Shown here: one piece after another, positions 29,017-40,006 of the stretch
Layout: each line of letters starts with the position of its first letter
How positions within the stretch are numbered: the stretch's first letter is position 1
DNA from: an uncultured Candidatus Rokubacteria bacterium
Lineage (GTDB): Bacteria; Methylomirabilota; Methylomirabilia; Rokubacteriales; CSP1-6
NCBI GenBank assembly: GCA_963754315.1
Contig: CAVWFS010000007.1
Span: 160,001 to 224,000, forward strand
DNA: 64,000 nucleotides
Direction: 5' to 3'
The notes under the pieces: generated by a model
What the model was told of the DNA's origin: nothing
Database searches by the model: none
The model's input: the letters and a program-made list of their open reading frames with translations, nothing else
Translations under genes and position numbers: made by a program

Positions 29017-29948
29017 CAGGCGGCTCCGTCGGGCACGGCCCGCAATCCCGCCAGGCCAGCTGCGCCGCGCGTGAGCATGTCGTCGGCCAGCTCACCACCG
29101 ACGGCGCGCGCGTGTTCGCGCAGCCCGGCGGCGTGAGCCCGGAGGATGTCGCGCCCGTCCTCGCTCGCGATGAGCGCGCTCAACCGCAGGGTGTCAGGTG
29201 CCGTACCGAGGATCGTCGCGTGTGCCGCGAGGGGACTATTGCACGAAGCCCCCAGGCGACCCAGGAACGCGCGCTCCGCCTCCGCACAGTCCCGCGTCTG
29301 GGGCTCATCCAGTGCGGCCAGCGCAGCCAAGGTTTCCTCATCGTCGGTGCGTGCCTCGACGGCGATGATCCCCTGTCCGATAGCCGGAATGAACTCCTCG
29401 GGATCGAGCGCCACCGCGTGAGGAGGAATCACGCCCAGCCGATGCAGACCGGCTGCGGCCAGGATGATCGCGTCGTACGTACCGCTCTCGAGCTTGACCA
29501 TGCGCGTGTCCACGTTCCCCCGCAGCGGTTCCACCACCAGGTCGGGGCGAGCGGCCAGGACGAGCGCGCGTCGTCGCGGACTCGAGGTTCCCACCACGGA
29601 CCCCGCGTCGAGATCCTCCAGCGCGCGGCCCGTTCGAGTGAGCAACACGTCACGCGGATCCTCGCGGCGGGGAAAGGCGCCCAGACACAATCCTGCGGGC
29701 ATCGCGGCCGGCAAGTCCTTCAGGCTGTGGACGGCCACGTCGATCGTTCCTCGCAGGAGCGCCTGCTCGATCTCGCGGACAAAAAGACCCTTGCCACCCA
29801 CCAGGGCGAGCGGCGCGCCTGCCAGTCGATCGCCTTCTGTACGCATGGGGACGAGTTCCACCGCGTAGCCCTGAGCACGCAGGCCCTGCGCCACCAGGCC
29901 CGCCTGGGCGAGAGCCAGCGCGCTGCGACGGGTCCCCACACGAATCAC
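29016..29948 (-). CDS. hemC: Hydroxymethylbilane synthase
   Basis: GTRRSALALAQ, GGKGLFVRE, VHSLKD, GTSSPRR, LRGNVDTR. Confidence 0.97.
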   Translation of the reverse strand: MIRVGTRRSALALAQAGLVAQGLRAQGYAVELVPMRTEGDRLAGAPLALVGGKGLFVREIEQALLRGTIDVAVHSLKDLPAAMPAGLCLGAFPRREDPRDVLLTRTGRALEDLDAGSVVGTSSPRRRALVLAARPDLVVEPLRGNVDTRMVKLESGTYDAIILAAAGLHRLGVIPPHAVALDPEEFIPAIGQGIIAVEARTDDEETLAALAALDEPQTRDCAEAERAFLGRLGASCNSPLAAHATILGTAPDTLRLSALIASEDGRDILRAHAAGLREHARAVGGELADDMLTRGAAGLAGLRAVPDGAA

Positions 29949-31213
29949 GGCGCCCTCCCCAGGCCGAACAGCTCCTGCACGAATTCCGTCCAGGAGCGCC
30001 CCGCACCGGCCCGCGACGATTCCCGCAGCTTCGTGATCGGCGTGTGCAGGATCTTGTTTACGATGGCGCTGGACACCGCCTCCAGGGCGTCCCGTACCTC
30101 GGGGCTGGCCTGCGGCAGACGCGCCAGGGCTTTGTCCACCTCGGCCTGGCGAATCGTCTCGATTCGCTCGCGCAGGGACACGATGGTGGGAATCACCTCG
30201 ACGTCACGCAAGCGGGTGAAGAACTTCAGGACCTCGCGCTCGACCAGCCCTTCCGCCCGCTGCGCCTCCCGCAGCCGCTCGCGGATGTTGGCATCAACCA
30301 CCGACTTGAGGTCGTCGACGTCGTACACGTACACGTTGGCCAGGGTATTGACGCTCGATTGCACGTTGCGCGGCACCGCGATGTCGATGAAGAACAGCGG
30401 CCGCCGCCGCCCGTGCATGACATCCTGCACGGCTCGTCGCGTCACCAGGGGCTCGGGAGCGGCCGCAGAGGTGATGACGATGTCCACCGAGGTGAGCGCG
30501 TGCATGGTCTCGTCAAATGGGACGGGGGTCCCGGCCAGGGTGCGCGCCATCTCCTGGGCGCGCGCCCACGTGCGATTGGCCACGTAGATGGGGAACGCTC
30601 CGTGCTCGACGAGGTGCTTGGCGGCCAGCTCCCCCATCTTCCCCGCTCCCACCAGCAGCACCGCGCGTCCGCTGAGGTTGGCGAAGATTTTCTTGGCCAG
30701 CTCCACCGCGGCGAACGACACCGACACCGCGTGGCGGGCGATCTCGGTCTCCGTTCGCACACGCTTCGCCACCGCAAAGGCCTGGGTGAACAGCGAATGC
30801 AGAGTGGGCCCCACGGTTTCGCAGTGCTGGGCGAGCGCGAAGGCCTCCTTGACCTGGCCGAGGATCTGCGGCTCCCCGATCATCATGGAGTCGAGGCTCG
30901 AGGCCACGCGGAAGGCGTGGCGCACGGCGTCCTCGTCCACGTGCGTATACAGCGCGGGCTCGACCGTGGCGGGATCGACCCCGCGCTGGCGACAGAGATG
31001 CCGGAAGATCGCCCCTCGCGCCTGACCGGGCGCCTCGGCCACTGCGTAGACTTCCACTCGGTTGCAGGTCGAGAGGATGACCACTTCGGTTGCCCCCGCG
31101 GGCGTCTGGACGTCGCGGAGGATCTCGCGGAGCTTGTCTTCGTCGACCGCGATCTGTTCGCGCAAGGAGATCGGCGCGTTGCGGTGACTCAGCCCGCTCA
31201 CGAAGAGGGCCAT
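29945..31213 (-). CDS. hemA: Glutamyl-tRNA reductase
   Basis: LSTCNRVE, LDSMMIGEPQILGQVK, GAGKMG, DIAVPRN. Confidence 0.97.
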   Translation of the reverse strand: MALFVSGLSHRNAPISLREQIAVDEDKLREILRDVQTPAGATEVVILSTCNRVEVYAVAEAPGQARGAIFRHLCRQRGVDPATVEPALYTHVDEDAVRHAFRVASSLDSMMIGEPQILGQVKEAFALAQHCETVGPTLHSLFTQAFAVAKRVRTETEIARHAVSVSFAAVELAKKIFANLSGRAVLLVGAGKMGELAAKHLVEHGAFPIYVANRTWARAQEMARTLAGTPVPFDETMHALTSVDIVITSAAAPEPLVTRRAVQDVMHGRRRPLFFIDIAVPRNVQSSVNTLANVYVYDVDDLKSVVDANIRERLREAQRAEGLVEREVLKFFTRLRDVEVIPTIVSLRERIETIRQAEVDKALARLPQASPEVRDALEAVSSAIVNKILHTPITKLRESSRAGAGRSWTEFVQELFGLGRAP

Positions 31214-31267
31214 GCTAGACGTGCTCGCCGCCGACGGGATTCCGAGTCGAACGGGCGGCCCGGGCTC

Positions 31268-32080
31268 TCATGAGCCGTGCCTGCCCGGTACGAAGAGGCC
31301 GATCCCAAGCGTCAGCACAAGAGTGGCGAACCCCGCGATGGCGAAGTAGGCAGCCCGGCGTCCCTGCCAGTTACCGGCGGCGCGTCCCGCCAGGATCGCG
31401 GCATAGATCACCCACGCGAGGAAGGAAAACAGGGCCAGCGGATCGAACGCAAAGACGCTTCCCCATGCGGTCCGCGCCCACAAGGCGCCCAGAAGGAGCG
31501 CGATGGTCAAAAAGGGGAAGCCCAGCACGAGCGTGCGATATGTGAGCCGGTCGAGCGTCTCGAGGTCGGGCAAGCGGTAGTAGAACGTTCCCGGCCGGCG
31601 GGCCTTGAGCTGGCGCTCCTGCAACAGGTACATGATGGCACCCGCGAAATTGAGGACAAACGCGGCGATCCCGATGAGGGCCAGCGCGATGTGGGCCCAG
31701 ATCCACGCGTTCGCGAGAGCAGGACCAATCGCCTCGGGGCCCACCCGGATGGCCATCCCCTTGAGTCCGAGGATGAGGATGACGGGCAGCACGAAGGCCC
31801 CCAAGACCCGCAACCCAGAGTGGCGCTCGAGCCACATCTCGAGGAGCACGGCCACCCACATCGCAGCCGACACGGCTTCAGAGAGGTTACCGAGAGGCGG
31901 CCGGCCCGTTTCAAGAGCCAGGAGAACCAAGGCCAAGGTGTGGCAGGCCCACCCCGCCAGGGTAGCGAGCGAAGCCAGCCGGTGGATCAGTTCCTCACGT
32001 CGCACGAGGTAGATCAGGGCCAGAGACGTGGCGCAAATGTAGCCAATCAGTGCAATCGTGAAGACTGTTGAGGACGTCAT
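31268..32080 (-). CDS. Cytochrome c assembly (CcsA/HemX-like) membrane protein
   Basis: About 8 hydrophobic segments, WAHIALA, YLLQERQLK, LPDLETLD, GALWA..WG..FDP; directly upstream of hemA. Confidence 0.85.
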   Translation of the reverse strand: MTSSTVFTIALIGYICATSLALIYLVRREELIHRLASLATLAGWACHTLALVLLALETGRPPLGNLSEAVSAAMWVAVLLEMWLERHSGLRVLGAFVLPVILILGLKGMAIRVGPEAIGPALANAWIWAHIALALIGIAAFVLNFAGAIMYLLQERQLKARRPGTFYYRLPDLETLDRLTYRTLVLGFPFLTIALLLGALWARTAWGSVFAFDPLALFSFLAWVIYAAILAGRAAGNWQGRRAAYFAIAGFATLVLTLGIGLFVPGRHGS

Positions 32081-32164
32081 CGCAGACTTAGTGCAAAGTT
32101 TACTACAATCCAGACCGGGTTTGACTCCTTGCCCCGTTGCCGCAAGCGGATGATCGCTCCCCGG

Positions 32165-32926
32165 CTATCGCGGATAGAGGACGCGCATCAGGATGAGTCC
32201 GTGAGCAGGCGCGGTGGGAGCGGCGAGGGTTCGATCACCACCCCGCAGTACGGCACCGAGCCAAGCCGGATCATGAGAACCCCTCCCTATCGCCACGACG
32301 CTCCCGACGATGTTCCGCACCATGTGGTGCAGGAACCGATCAGCCGAGATGACGAACCAGAGCCGGTCGCGCCGCCTCACCACGTGAGTGGTCCGGATGG
32401 TGCACATTGGGAGCGCGCCGCGCCCCGGTGCCGCGCAGAACGCGCTGAAATCGTGGCAACCCCGCAGGGTCGCGATCGCCTGTCGCATGGCGTCTACGTC
32501 AAGCCTCTGTGGCACGTGCCAGGCGAAGCGTCGCAGGAACGGGTGGGCCACGGCCTGGCAGTCGACCAGGTATACGTAGCGTTTGCATGTCGCCTCCCGG
32601 CGCGCGTCAAAGCCCGGGCGCGCCTCGGCCGCGCTCAGCACGCGGATATCGGCGGGAATGGTGGCGTTGAGGGCGCGTCCAACTGCGGTCGGGGACAAGG
32701 TGGTGGTGGTGGCCAGCGAGGCGACCTGCCCGAGGGCATGAACGCCGGCATCGGTACGACTCGCGCCTGTGAGGCGGGCGTTCGGATCGAGGGCCCGCGC
32801 AGCACGAGTGAGGATCCCCTGCACGGTGGGCGCGTCCGGCTGCGTCTGCCAGCCGCAGTAGGCCGTGCCGTCATAGGCCACCACCAGCCGAAAGGTGCGC
32901 TGGCGATCTTCCCCCTCCGCGTTCAC
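32165..32926 (-). CDS. truA: tRNA pseudouridine(38-40) synthase
   Basis: AYDGTAYCGWQTQ, SRTDAGVHALGQ, FLHHMVRNIVG, TAPAHGL. Start position approximate. Confidence 0.95.
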   Translation of the reverse strand: MNAEGEDRQRTFRLVVAYDGTAYCGWQTQPDAPTVQGILTRAARALDPNARLTGASRTDAGVHALGQVASLATTTTLSPTAVGRALNATIPADIRVLSAAEARPGFDARREATCKRYVYLVDCQAVAHPFLRRFAWHVPQRLDVDAMRQAIATLRGCHDFSAFCAAPGRGALPMCTIRTTHVVRRRDRLWFVISADRFLHHMVRNIVGSVVAIGRGSHDPAWLGAVLRGGDRTLAAPTAPAHGLILMRVLYPR

Positions 32927-32970
32927 TCCTCCCGGGCTTATGTGTGGCTGAGCGGGCGCCACCGGCGCCG

Positions 32971-33979
32971 CTAGGCCGGGAGCAGCAGCTCGGCGATCTG
33001 CACCGCGTTGGTGGCCGCGCCCTTGCGCAGCTGGTCGCCGACCACCCAGAAGTTGATGGCGCGCGGGTGGGAGAGGTCCTCGCGGATGCGCCCCACGTAG
33101 CAGTCGTCCTGGCCCTCCACCACCACCGGCATCGGGTAGCGCTGTTCAGCCGGCTCGTCCCATACTCTGAGCCCCGGGAAGCGCTCGAACAGTCGACGGG
33201 CATCGGCAGCGCCGATCGCTTCCGCTGTCTCCGCGTTGACGGCGACGGAGTGACAGGTGAAGACGGGAACGCGGACGGTGGTCGGAGCGATCGGGAGATC
33301 CGGGAGTCGCGAGAATCTTGCGGGTCTCGTTGATGAGCTTCAATTCCTCACCCGTATATCCATCGGGGCCGAAGGTATCGATGTGCGGGATGAGATTGAA
33401 GGCGATCTGATGGCGGAAGTGCGTGGGCACCATGGCGTGCCCACGGGCCCAGGCCTGGGTCTGCTGGCGCAGATCCTCGATCCCGTTGACTCCCGCGCCC
33501 GAGACCGACTGAAAGCTCGTGGCCACCACCCGGCGCAGCCGGCCGGCGTCGTGCAGGGGCTTGAGCGGCATGACGGTGATGATGGTGGTGCAGTTCGGGC
33601 TCGCGATGATGCCCCGGTGGGTTTTCACCGTGCTCGCGTTGATTTCGGGCACCACCAGCGGCACCGTCGGGTCCATCCGGAACGCGTTGGACTTGTCAAC
33701 GACCACCGCCCCCGCCTGCACCATCATCGGCACGTACTGCCTCGACTGCGCCGAGCCCGCCGAGCAGATGACGATCTCCACACCCTTGAAGGCGGACGCC
33801 TCGATGGCCCTCACGGGAATGGCCTCACCCCGGAAGGTTACCGTTTTGCCCACCGAGCGCGGCGACGCGAACGCACGCAGCTCGCGCACGGGAAACTTCC
33901 GTTCTTCCAGGATCCGCAACGTGGTCTGACCCGCGGCGCCCGTCGCGCCCACTACCGCCACTGTCACTCCGGATGTCAT
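32971..33979 (-). CDS. asd: Aspartate-semialdehyde dehydrogenase, split by a +1 frameshift near 33300-33310
   Basis: 5' part: VVGATGAAG, SPNCTT, QSVSGAG. After the shift: TTVRVPVFTCHS..VGRIRED..DQLRKGAATNAVQIAE, with TAG at 32971. Span is 1009 nt (3n+1). Confidence 0.92.
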
Positions 33980-35064
33980 CAGAACTGGGCCTCCACTTCC
34001 CGGACGATGAGGTCGCCCATCGCCTTGGTTCCCACTGCCTTGCCCCCCGCTTCCACGATGTCGGCCGTGCGGTATCCCTGTTCGAGCACCCGCCGTACGG
34101 CCTGCTCCACCTTGCCCGCCGCCTCCACCAGGTTGAGCGAGTACCGGAGGAGCATGGCGCTGGACAGAATGGCCGCGATCGGATTGGCCACCCCCCGCCC
34201 CGCGATGTCGGGAGCCGTTCCGTGCACCGGCTCGTACAAGCCTACCCTGCCACCGAGGGATGCCGACGGCAACATTCCCATGGAGCCCGCCAGGATGGCC
34301 GCCTCGTCGGAAAGGATGTCTCCGAAGGTGTTCTCCGTCACGATCGTGTCGAACTGTGTGGGTCGGTGCACGAGGGCCATGGCGCAGTTGTCGACGAGGA
34401 CGTGTTCGAGGATGACGTCCGGGTACTCCTTGCTGACCCGCGAGACTACCTCGCGCCAGAGCTGCGACACCACCAGCACGTTGGCCTTGTCCACCGACGC
34501 CACGCGCTTGCGTCGCTTGCGGGCGACCTCGAAGGCCACCCGGGCCACGCGCTCGATCTCGCCGGACGTGTAGGTCATGGTGTTGACGGCGCGTGCGCTC
34601 CCGTCCGCGAATGTCTCCACCCCTCGCGGTTCGCCGAAGTAGAGACCGCCCGTCAGTTCGCGGATGACCATGAGGTCCGTGCCTTCCACGACCGAGCGCT
34701 TGAGTGGCGAGGCGTCGATGAGCATGGGAAAGCACGTAGCCGGGCGCAGGTTGGCGTAAAGATCGAGCTCCTTGCGTAGCCCCAACAAGCCGCGCTCGGG
34801 CCGCCGCTCGTGGGGCGCATCATCCCAGCGCGGACCTCCGACCGCCCCGAAGAGGATGGCCTGGGCCTGCTGGCAGAGCGCGAGCGTGGCGGGGGGCAAC
34901 GGATCGCCTGTTGTGTCGATGGCGGCGCCGCCGCACAGCGCGTGTTCGAACTCGAAATGCTCCCCCGTACCCTTCGCCACTGCCTGCAGCACCCGTATGG
35001 CTTCGGGAATAACCTCCTGCCCGATCCCATCTCCGGGCAGGACTGCGATCTTATGAGTGGCCAT
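33979..35064 (-). CDS. leuB: 3-isopropylmalate dehydrogenase
   Basis: [50 protein letters not shown]. Confidence 0.97.
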   Translation of the reverse strand: MATHKIAVLPGDGIGQEVIPEAIRVLQAVAKGTGEHFEFEHALCGGAAIDTTGDPLPPATLALCQQAQAILFGAVGGPRWDDAPHERRPERGLLGLRKELDLYANLRPATCFPMLIDASPLKRSVVEGTDLMVIRELTGGLYFGEPRGVETFADGSARAVNTMTYTSGEIERVARVAFEVARKRRKRVASVDKANVLVVSQLWREVVSRVSKEYPDVILEHVLVDNCAMALVHRPTQFDTIVTENTFGDILSDEAAILAGSMGMLPSASLGGRVGLYEPVHGTAPDIAGRGVANPIAAILSSAMLLRYSLNLVEAAGKVEQAVRRVLEQGYRTADIVEAGGKAVGTKAMGDLIVREVEAQF

Positions 35065-35111
35065 ACCTGACGCCTCCGATCAATTTCGGTCGTCCCATCG
35101 CGTACGGGCCG

Positions 35112-35924
35112 TCAGGGGGCCGCCCGTCCTCCATCCGCCTCGCGCGCGAGCTCGGTGGGAGTGGCCACCGCGGGGGCACGTCCGCCGACCACGCGATAGA
35201 CCGGTCCCGAGAGGGCGTAGCCCATGAAGAGCAAGAAGGGGAAGATCTCATGGTTCGTGGCGACTACCATCACCCCGAGGACCACCACCAGCAAGGTCTG
35301 GAGAGGGCGCCGGCGAGCAAAATCGACTTCCTTGAAGCTCCAGTACCGAAAGGTAGAAACCATGAGAAGCGCGGCAATGTAGGTGCCGACGGTGATGGTG
35401 ATGAGGATCCAGCGGGTCAACTCCACGCCCTGCAGCATGATGACGCTGCTCACGGCGAGACCGGCGGCAGCCGGTGTTGGCAATCCCACGAAGAACCGCT
35501 TGTCCACTGAAGCGGTCTGCACGTTGAAGCGCGCCAGGCGGAGCGCGCCGCAGATGACGAAGAGGGCCGCCCCGAACCAGGCCGCCCGGGGGAGTGCGAA
35601 CAGGGCGAAGCAGTACAGGATGAACGCCGGCGCCACACAGAAGGAGACGACGTCGGCGAGCGAATCGAATTCCACACCGAACTGGCTGGTGGCCTTCATG
35701 AGCCGAGCCACCCGGCCATCCAGCATGTCCATGATAATCGCCACGAAGATGGCCAGAGCCGCTTCCGTGTACCGATGGTCCACCGCGAGGAGCAACGCGT
35801 AGAAGCCACAGAAGAGGTTGGCGATGGTAAGCAGAGCGGGCAGCAGGAACACCCCCCGCCCGCGCTTGTCACGGATCTCCTGCCAGCGTCGCCGACGGAA
35901 CGACTTTCCCGAGCGGCGCATCAT
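35112..35924 (-). CDS. pssA: CDP-diacylglycerol--serine O-phosphatidyltransferase
   Basis: DMLDGRVARL..SQFGVEFDSLADVVSF, ALRLARFN, FVGLPTP; downstream of psd. Confidence 0.93.
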   Translation of the reverse strand: MMRRSGKSFRRRRWQEIRDKRGRGVFLLPALLTIANLFCGFYALLLAVDHRYTEAALAIFVAIIMDMLDGRVARLMKATSQFGVEFDSLADVVSFCVAPAFILYCFALFALPRAAWFGAALFVICGALRLARFNVQTASVDKRFFVGLPTPAAAGLAVSSVIMLQGVELTRWILITITVGTYIAALLMVSTFRYWSFKEVDFARRRPLQTLLVVVLGVMVVATNHEIFPFLLFMGYALSGPVYRVVGGRAPAVATPTELAREADGGRAAP

Positions 35925-36550
35925 GCGCGCATGCCGATCACGGTCTCGCCACCCGCCACACGGTCGCCTGGTTGTACCAGGACCTGTGTTCCGCGCGGCA
36001 TGTAGCAGTCGGTCCGCGATCCGAACCGGATGATCCCAAATCGCTCTCCGGCCTCGAGCTTGTCGCCCGCTCCGACTCGGCACACGACCCGCCGAGCGGC
36101 GACCCCCGCGATCTGCACCACGGTGATCCGGATCCCCGTTCCCTCGATGTGAACGGCGCAACGCTCGTTCACCTCGCCGGCCTCCGGGCGATAGGCGGGC
36201 AGGAAGCGTCCGGAGGTATAGACAGTGCCCACCACGAGGCCCGGGATAGGCGAACGGGTGACGTGGACGTCGAAGGGCGAGAGAAAGATGGACACGCGGG
36301 CGGCCGGACCCACGAAGGAATCTTCTTGCTCGTCAACGATGGTGACTCTCCCATCGGCGGGCGCGATCACGCCGTGCGGCGAGACCGGGGTGACCCGCTC
36401 GGGGTCTCGGAAGAAGCCGAGCGATGCCAGGGAGGCTGCGGCGAAGGGCAGCGCCAACCGCGACCGTCCCCGGAGGGTCAGCAGCGCGGCCATGACACCG
36501 GGCAGCAGCACGAACGGCCAGCCCTCGCGCGCGACGGGAAGCTTCCTCAC
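35921..36550 (-). CDS. psd: Phosphatidylserine decarboxylase proenzyme
   Basis: FFRDPER, APADGRV, IFLSPFDVH and the IRFGSRTD autocleavage motif. Confidence 0.94.
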   Translation of the reverse strand: MRKLPVAREGWPFVLLPGVMAALLTLRGRSRLALPFAAASLASLGFFRDPERVTPVSPHGVIAPADGRVTIVDEQEDSFVGPAARVSIFLSPFDVHVTRSPIPGLVVGTVYTSGRFLPAYRPEAGEVNERCAVHIEGTGIRITVVQIAGVAARRVVCRVGAGDKLEAGERFGIIRFGSRTDCYMPRGTQVLVQPGDRVAGGETVIGMRA

Positions 36551-36562
36551 TTGATTTCTCTC

Positions 36563-37567
36563 CTACATCCGCGGCGGCTTGATCCAGGACATCATGGCGC
36601 GCAGCCGCTTGCCCACCTCTTCAATCTGATGATCCGCGTCCCGCCGCCGCATGGCCAGGAATCCGGCGCGGTTCGCCTGATTCTCCAGCACCCATTCCCG
36701 GGCGAACTGACCAGACTGGATCTCGGCGAGGATCTTCTTCATCTCGGCCTTGGTCTCATCGCTGACCACGCGGGGCCCGCGCGTATAGTCGCCGTACTCC
36801 GCGGTGTCGGAGACGGAGTAGCGCATGTAGGCAAGACCGCCTTGATAGAAGAGGTCCACGATGAGCTTCATCTCGTGCATGCACTCGAAGTACGCCACCT
36901 CGGGCTGATAGCCGGCCTCGACCAGGGTCTCGAAGGCCGCCTTGATGAGATGGGAGACACCTCCGCACAGGGTCGTCTGCTCTCCGAAGAGATCGGTCTC
37001 TGTCTCTTCCTTGAACGTGGTCTCGATGACGCCGGCCCGTGTGCAGCCGACTCCGCGGCCATAGGCCAGGGCCACATCCCGGGCCTTGCCCGAGACGTCC
37101 TGGTGGATGGCCACCAGTGCCGGCACCCCCGGGCCCTGGGTGAACAGATCCCGCATGACGTGCCCGGGGGCCTTGGGCGCGATCATGCTGACGTCCACGT
37201 CAGGGGGCGGGACCACCTGGTTGAAATGGATGTTGAACCCGTGGGCGAACATCACCATCTTGCCCTTGCCGAGGCCACCCTTGATCTCGCGTTCGAAGAC
37301 CTCCCGCTGGCTCTGGTCGGGCAGCAGGATCATGATGATGTTCGCCATCTGGGCGGCCTCGTTCACGGTGGCCACCTTGAGCCCGTCCCCTTCCGCCTTG
37401 CTCCAGCTCTTCGAGCCCTTGTAGAGCCCGACCACCACGTCCTGACCTGAATCCTTGAGGTTGAGGGCATGGGCGTGGCCCTGGCTCCCGTACCCGATGA
37501 TGGCGATCTTCTTGCCCTTGAGCAGGCCGAGATCGGCGTCCTGGTCATAGTAGATTTTTGCCGGCAT
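36563..37567 (-). CDS. ilvC: Ketol-acid reductoisomerase
   Basis: [43 protein letters not shown]. Confidence 0.98.
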   Translation of the reverse strand: MPAKIYYDQDADLGLLKGKKIAIIGYGSQGHAHALNLKDSGQDVVVGLYKGSKSWSKAEGDGLKVATVNEAAQMANIIMILLPDQSQREVFEREIKGGLGKGKMVMFAHGFNIHFNQVVPPPDVDVSMIAPKAPGHVMRDLFTQGPGVPALVAIHQDVSGKARDVALAYGRGVGCTRAGVIETTFKEETETDLFGEQTTLCGGVSHLIKAAFETLVEAGYQPEVAYFECMHEMKLIVDLFYQGGLAYMRYSVSDTAEYGDYTRGPRVVSDETKAEMKKILAEIQSGQFAREWVLENQANRAGFLAMRRRDADHQIEEVGKRLRAMMSWIKPPRM

Positions 37568-37588
37568 CAGTGTCGGTCCTTTCTGCCT

Positions 37589-38164
37589 CTAGTCGGCGAA
37601 TCCAACCACGCGCGGGTCGTCGGGCACCCGGGGGCGCTTGGGCCCCTCGCTCCGGCGCATCCGCGTCTTGGGGCCGCGGGCGATGGCCACTTTTCCGGTG
37701 CGGACGATCTCCTGGATGCCCATGGGGCGCAACAGCTCGATGAAGGCCTCGAGCTTGTCCTCGTTGCCGGTGGCCTCCAGGATGAAGCTCTGGGGGGTGA
37801 CGTCGACGACCTTGGCCCGGAAGATGTCCACCGTTCTCAAGATCTCGGCCCGGTGCTGAGGCTCGGCGTTCACTCGAATGAGCACCAGCTCCCGCTCCAC
37901 TCGGCTCTCGTCGGTGAGGTCGGTCACCTTGATGACATCGATGAGCTTGTAGAGCTGCTTCATGACCTGCTCGATGACGAACTCGTCCCCCCGCACGACC
38001 ATGGTCATTCGGGACACGCTCGGATCGAGGGTCTCGCCCACCGACAGGCTCTCGATGTTGTAGCCGCGGGCCGAGAACAGTCCTGCCACCCGGGAGAGCA
38101 CGCCAAACTTGTTCTCCACGAGGACGGCCACGGTGTGCTTGCGGGGTTCGGTGCCGTTCTGCAT
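37589..38164 (-). CDS. ilvN: Acetolactate synthase small (regulatory) subunit
   Basis: ACT domain [32 protein letters not shown]. Confidence 0.96.
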   Translation of the reverse strand: MQNGTEPRKHTVAVLVENKFGVLSRVAGLFSARGYNIESLSVGETLDPSVSRMTMVVRGDEFVIEQVMKQLYKLIDVIKVTDLTDESRVERELVLIRVNAEPQHRAEILRTVDIFRAKVVDVTPQSFILEATGNEDKLEAFIELLRPMGIQEIVRTGKVAIARGPKTRMRRSEGPKRPRVPDDPRVVGFAD

Positions 38165-39918
38165 CAGAATCCCGTTTGCGACTTGGCCGCCTTCTCACGC
38201 ACCTCGCGGGTGGGCGCCGTCAAGATCATGTCGGTGTTGGCGCCCCCGGCCGGGACCATGGGGAAGACGCACTCGTCCTTGTCCACGCACACATCGAGGA
38301 CGACCGGAGCCGGGGTCGCGATCATCTTCTCGAGGGCGGGCACGACCTCGCTCGGCTTGCTCACCCGGATGCCCACGCACCCGTACGCCTCCGCCAGCTT
38401 GACCCAGTCCGGAATCCCCGGCAGATCGATGGCGCAGTAGCGTTCCTTGTAGATGATCCGCTGCCACTGCCGGACCATGCCATGGCCGCTGTTGTTGATG
38501 ATCACCGTCTTGACGGGCAAGCCCTCCACGAAGCAGGTGGCCAGCTCCTGGCTGTTCATGGCGAAGGAGCCGTCCCCGTCGACGTTGACGACGAGCTGTC
38601 CCGGATGGGCCGCCTGGACGCCCATGGCGGTAGGCAACCCGTAGCCCATGGTCCCGAGCCCCCCTGAAGTGCACCAGCGGCGCGGGTGCTTGAACCGATA
38701 GTACTGGGCAGCCCACATCTGATGCTGTCCGACCCCCGTCACCATGAAGGCCTCCCCGTTGGTGACGTTGGACAACTCTTGAATGACGTACTGAGGCTTG
38801 ATGACGTCGTCGCTCCAGTCATAGCGGAACGGGTAGTCGCGCTTCCACTCGGCAATCTGGGCCGCCCACTGTCGTCGTCCCTCTGTCACCGCCGGCGGCA
38901 GGTCCTCGCGGAGCTCCTCGCGCACGGCCTCCACCAGCTTGGCCAGCACGCGCTTGCAATCCCCCACGATGGGGACGTGCACCTGGATGTTCTTCGAGAT
39001 CGACGAGGGATCGATGTCGACGTGGATGATCTCGGCATGGGGTGAGAAGGCGTCTACCCGTCCCGTCACGCGGTCGTCGAACCGTGCCCCGATCGCCACC
39101 AGACAGTCCGCATGATGGACAGCCATGTTGGCGTAATAGGCCCCGTGCATCCCCAGCATGTCCAGGGAGAGCGGGTGTGCCATGGGAAAGGCCCCCAAGC
39201 CCATGAGCGTCTGGGTGAGCGGCGCCTGGGTGAGCTCCGCCAGCTCAAGCAGCTCGGGCGAGGCGTCCGAAGAGATCACGCCGCCGCCCACGTACAGCAC
39301 CGGCCGCTTGGCCCGCACCAAGGTGCGGGCGGCCTTCTTGATCTGACCGGGGTGACCCTCGTAGGTCGGATTGTACGAGCGCAGATGCGCGCTGTCGGGG
39401 TAGCTGAAGGGCCACTCCTTGACCAGGACGTCCTTCGGGAGGTCTACGTGAACGGGACCGGGGCGACCGGTCGACGCGATATGAAACGCCTCCTTGATGA
39501 TGGGGGCGAGGTCTCGCCCGTCCTTGACCAGGTAGTTGTGCTTGGTGGCCGACCGGGTAATGCCGACGTTGTCGGCTTCCTGGAAGGCGTCGTTGCCGAT
39601 CAGATGGGTCGGTACCTGTCCCGTGAAGGCGACGATGGGAATGGAGTCCATGAGGGCGTCCTGGAGCGCCGTCACGAGATTCGTGGCGGCTGGGCCCGAG
39701 GTGACCAGGCACACTCCCACCTTCCCGGTGGTCCGCGCGTAGCCCTCGGCGGCGTGTCCGGCCGCTGCTTCCTGACGCACCAGGATGTGACGCAGCCCTT
39801 CGAAGTCGTACAGCGCGTCGTAGATCGGCAGCACGGCGCCGCCCGGCAAGCCGAAGATCACCTCGACGCCCTCACGTTTCAGGCACTCGAGCACAATCAG
39901 TGCACCCGACATCTTCAC
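38164..39918 (-). CDS. ilvB: Acetolactate synthase large subunit
   Basis: [37 protein letters not shown] and the GDGSF..N TPP motif. Confidence 0.97.
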   Translation of the reverse strand: MKMSGALIVLECLKREGVEVIFGLPGGAVLPIYDALYDFEGLRHILVRQEAAAGHAAEGYARTTGKVGVCLVTSGPAATNLVTALQDALMDSIPIVAFTGQVPTHLIGNDAFQEADNVGITRSATKHNYLVKDGRDLAPIIKEAFHIASTGRPGPVHVDLPKDVLVKEWPFSYPDSAHLRSYNPTYEGHPGQIKKAARTLVRAKRPVLYVGGGVISSDASPELLELAELTQAPLTQTLMGLGAFPMAHPLSLDMLGMHGAYYANMAVHHADCLVAIGARFDDRVTGRVDAFSPHAEIIHVDIDPSSISKNIQVHVPIVGDCKRVLAKLVEAVREELREDLPPAVTEGRRQWAAQIAEWKRDYPFRYDWSDDVIKPQYVIQELSNVTNGEAFMVTGVGQHQMWAAQYYRFKHPRRWCTSGGLGTMGYGLPTAMGVQAAHPGQLVVNVDGDGSFAMNSQELATCFVEGLPVKTVIINNSGHGMVRQWQRIIYKERYCAIDLPGIPDWVKLAEAYGCVGIRVSKPSEVVPALEKMIATPAPVVLDVCVDKDECVFPMVPAGGANTDMILTAPTREVREKAAKSQTGF

Positions 39919-40006
39919 GGCATGAACCTCCGCGTGTTAGAGCAAGCCGGCCGTGGCCCGCAGTTCCTTGATGTCCTCGATGGCATCCCTCCAGCGGCGC
40001 TCCCAA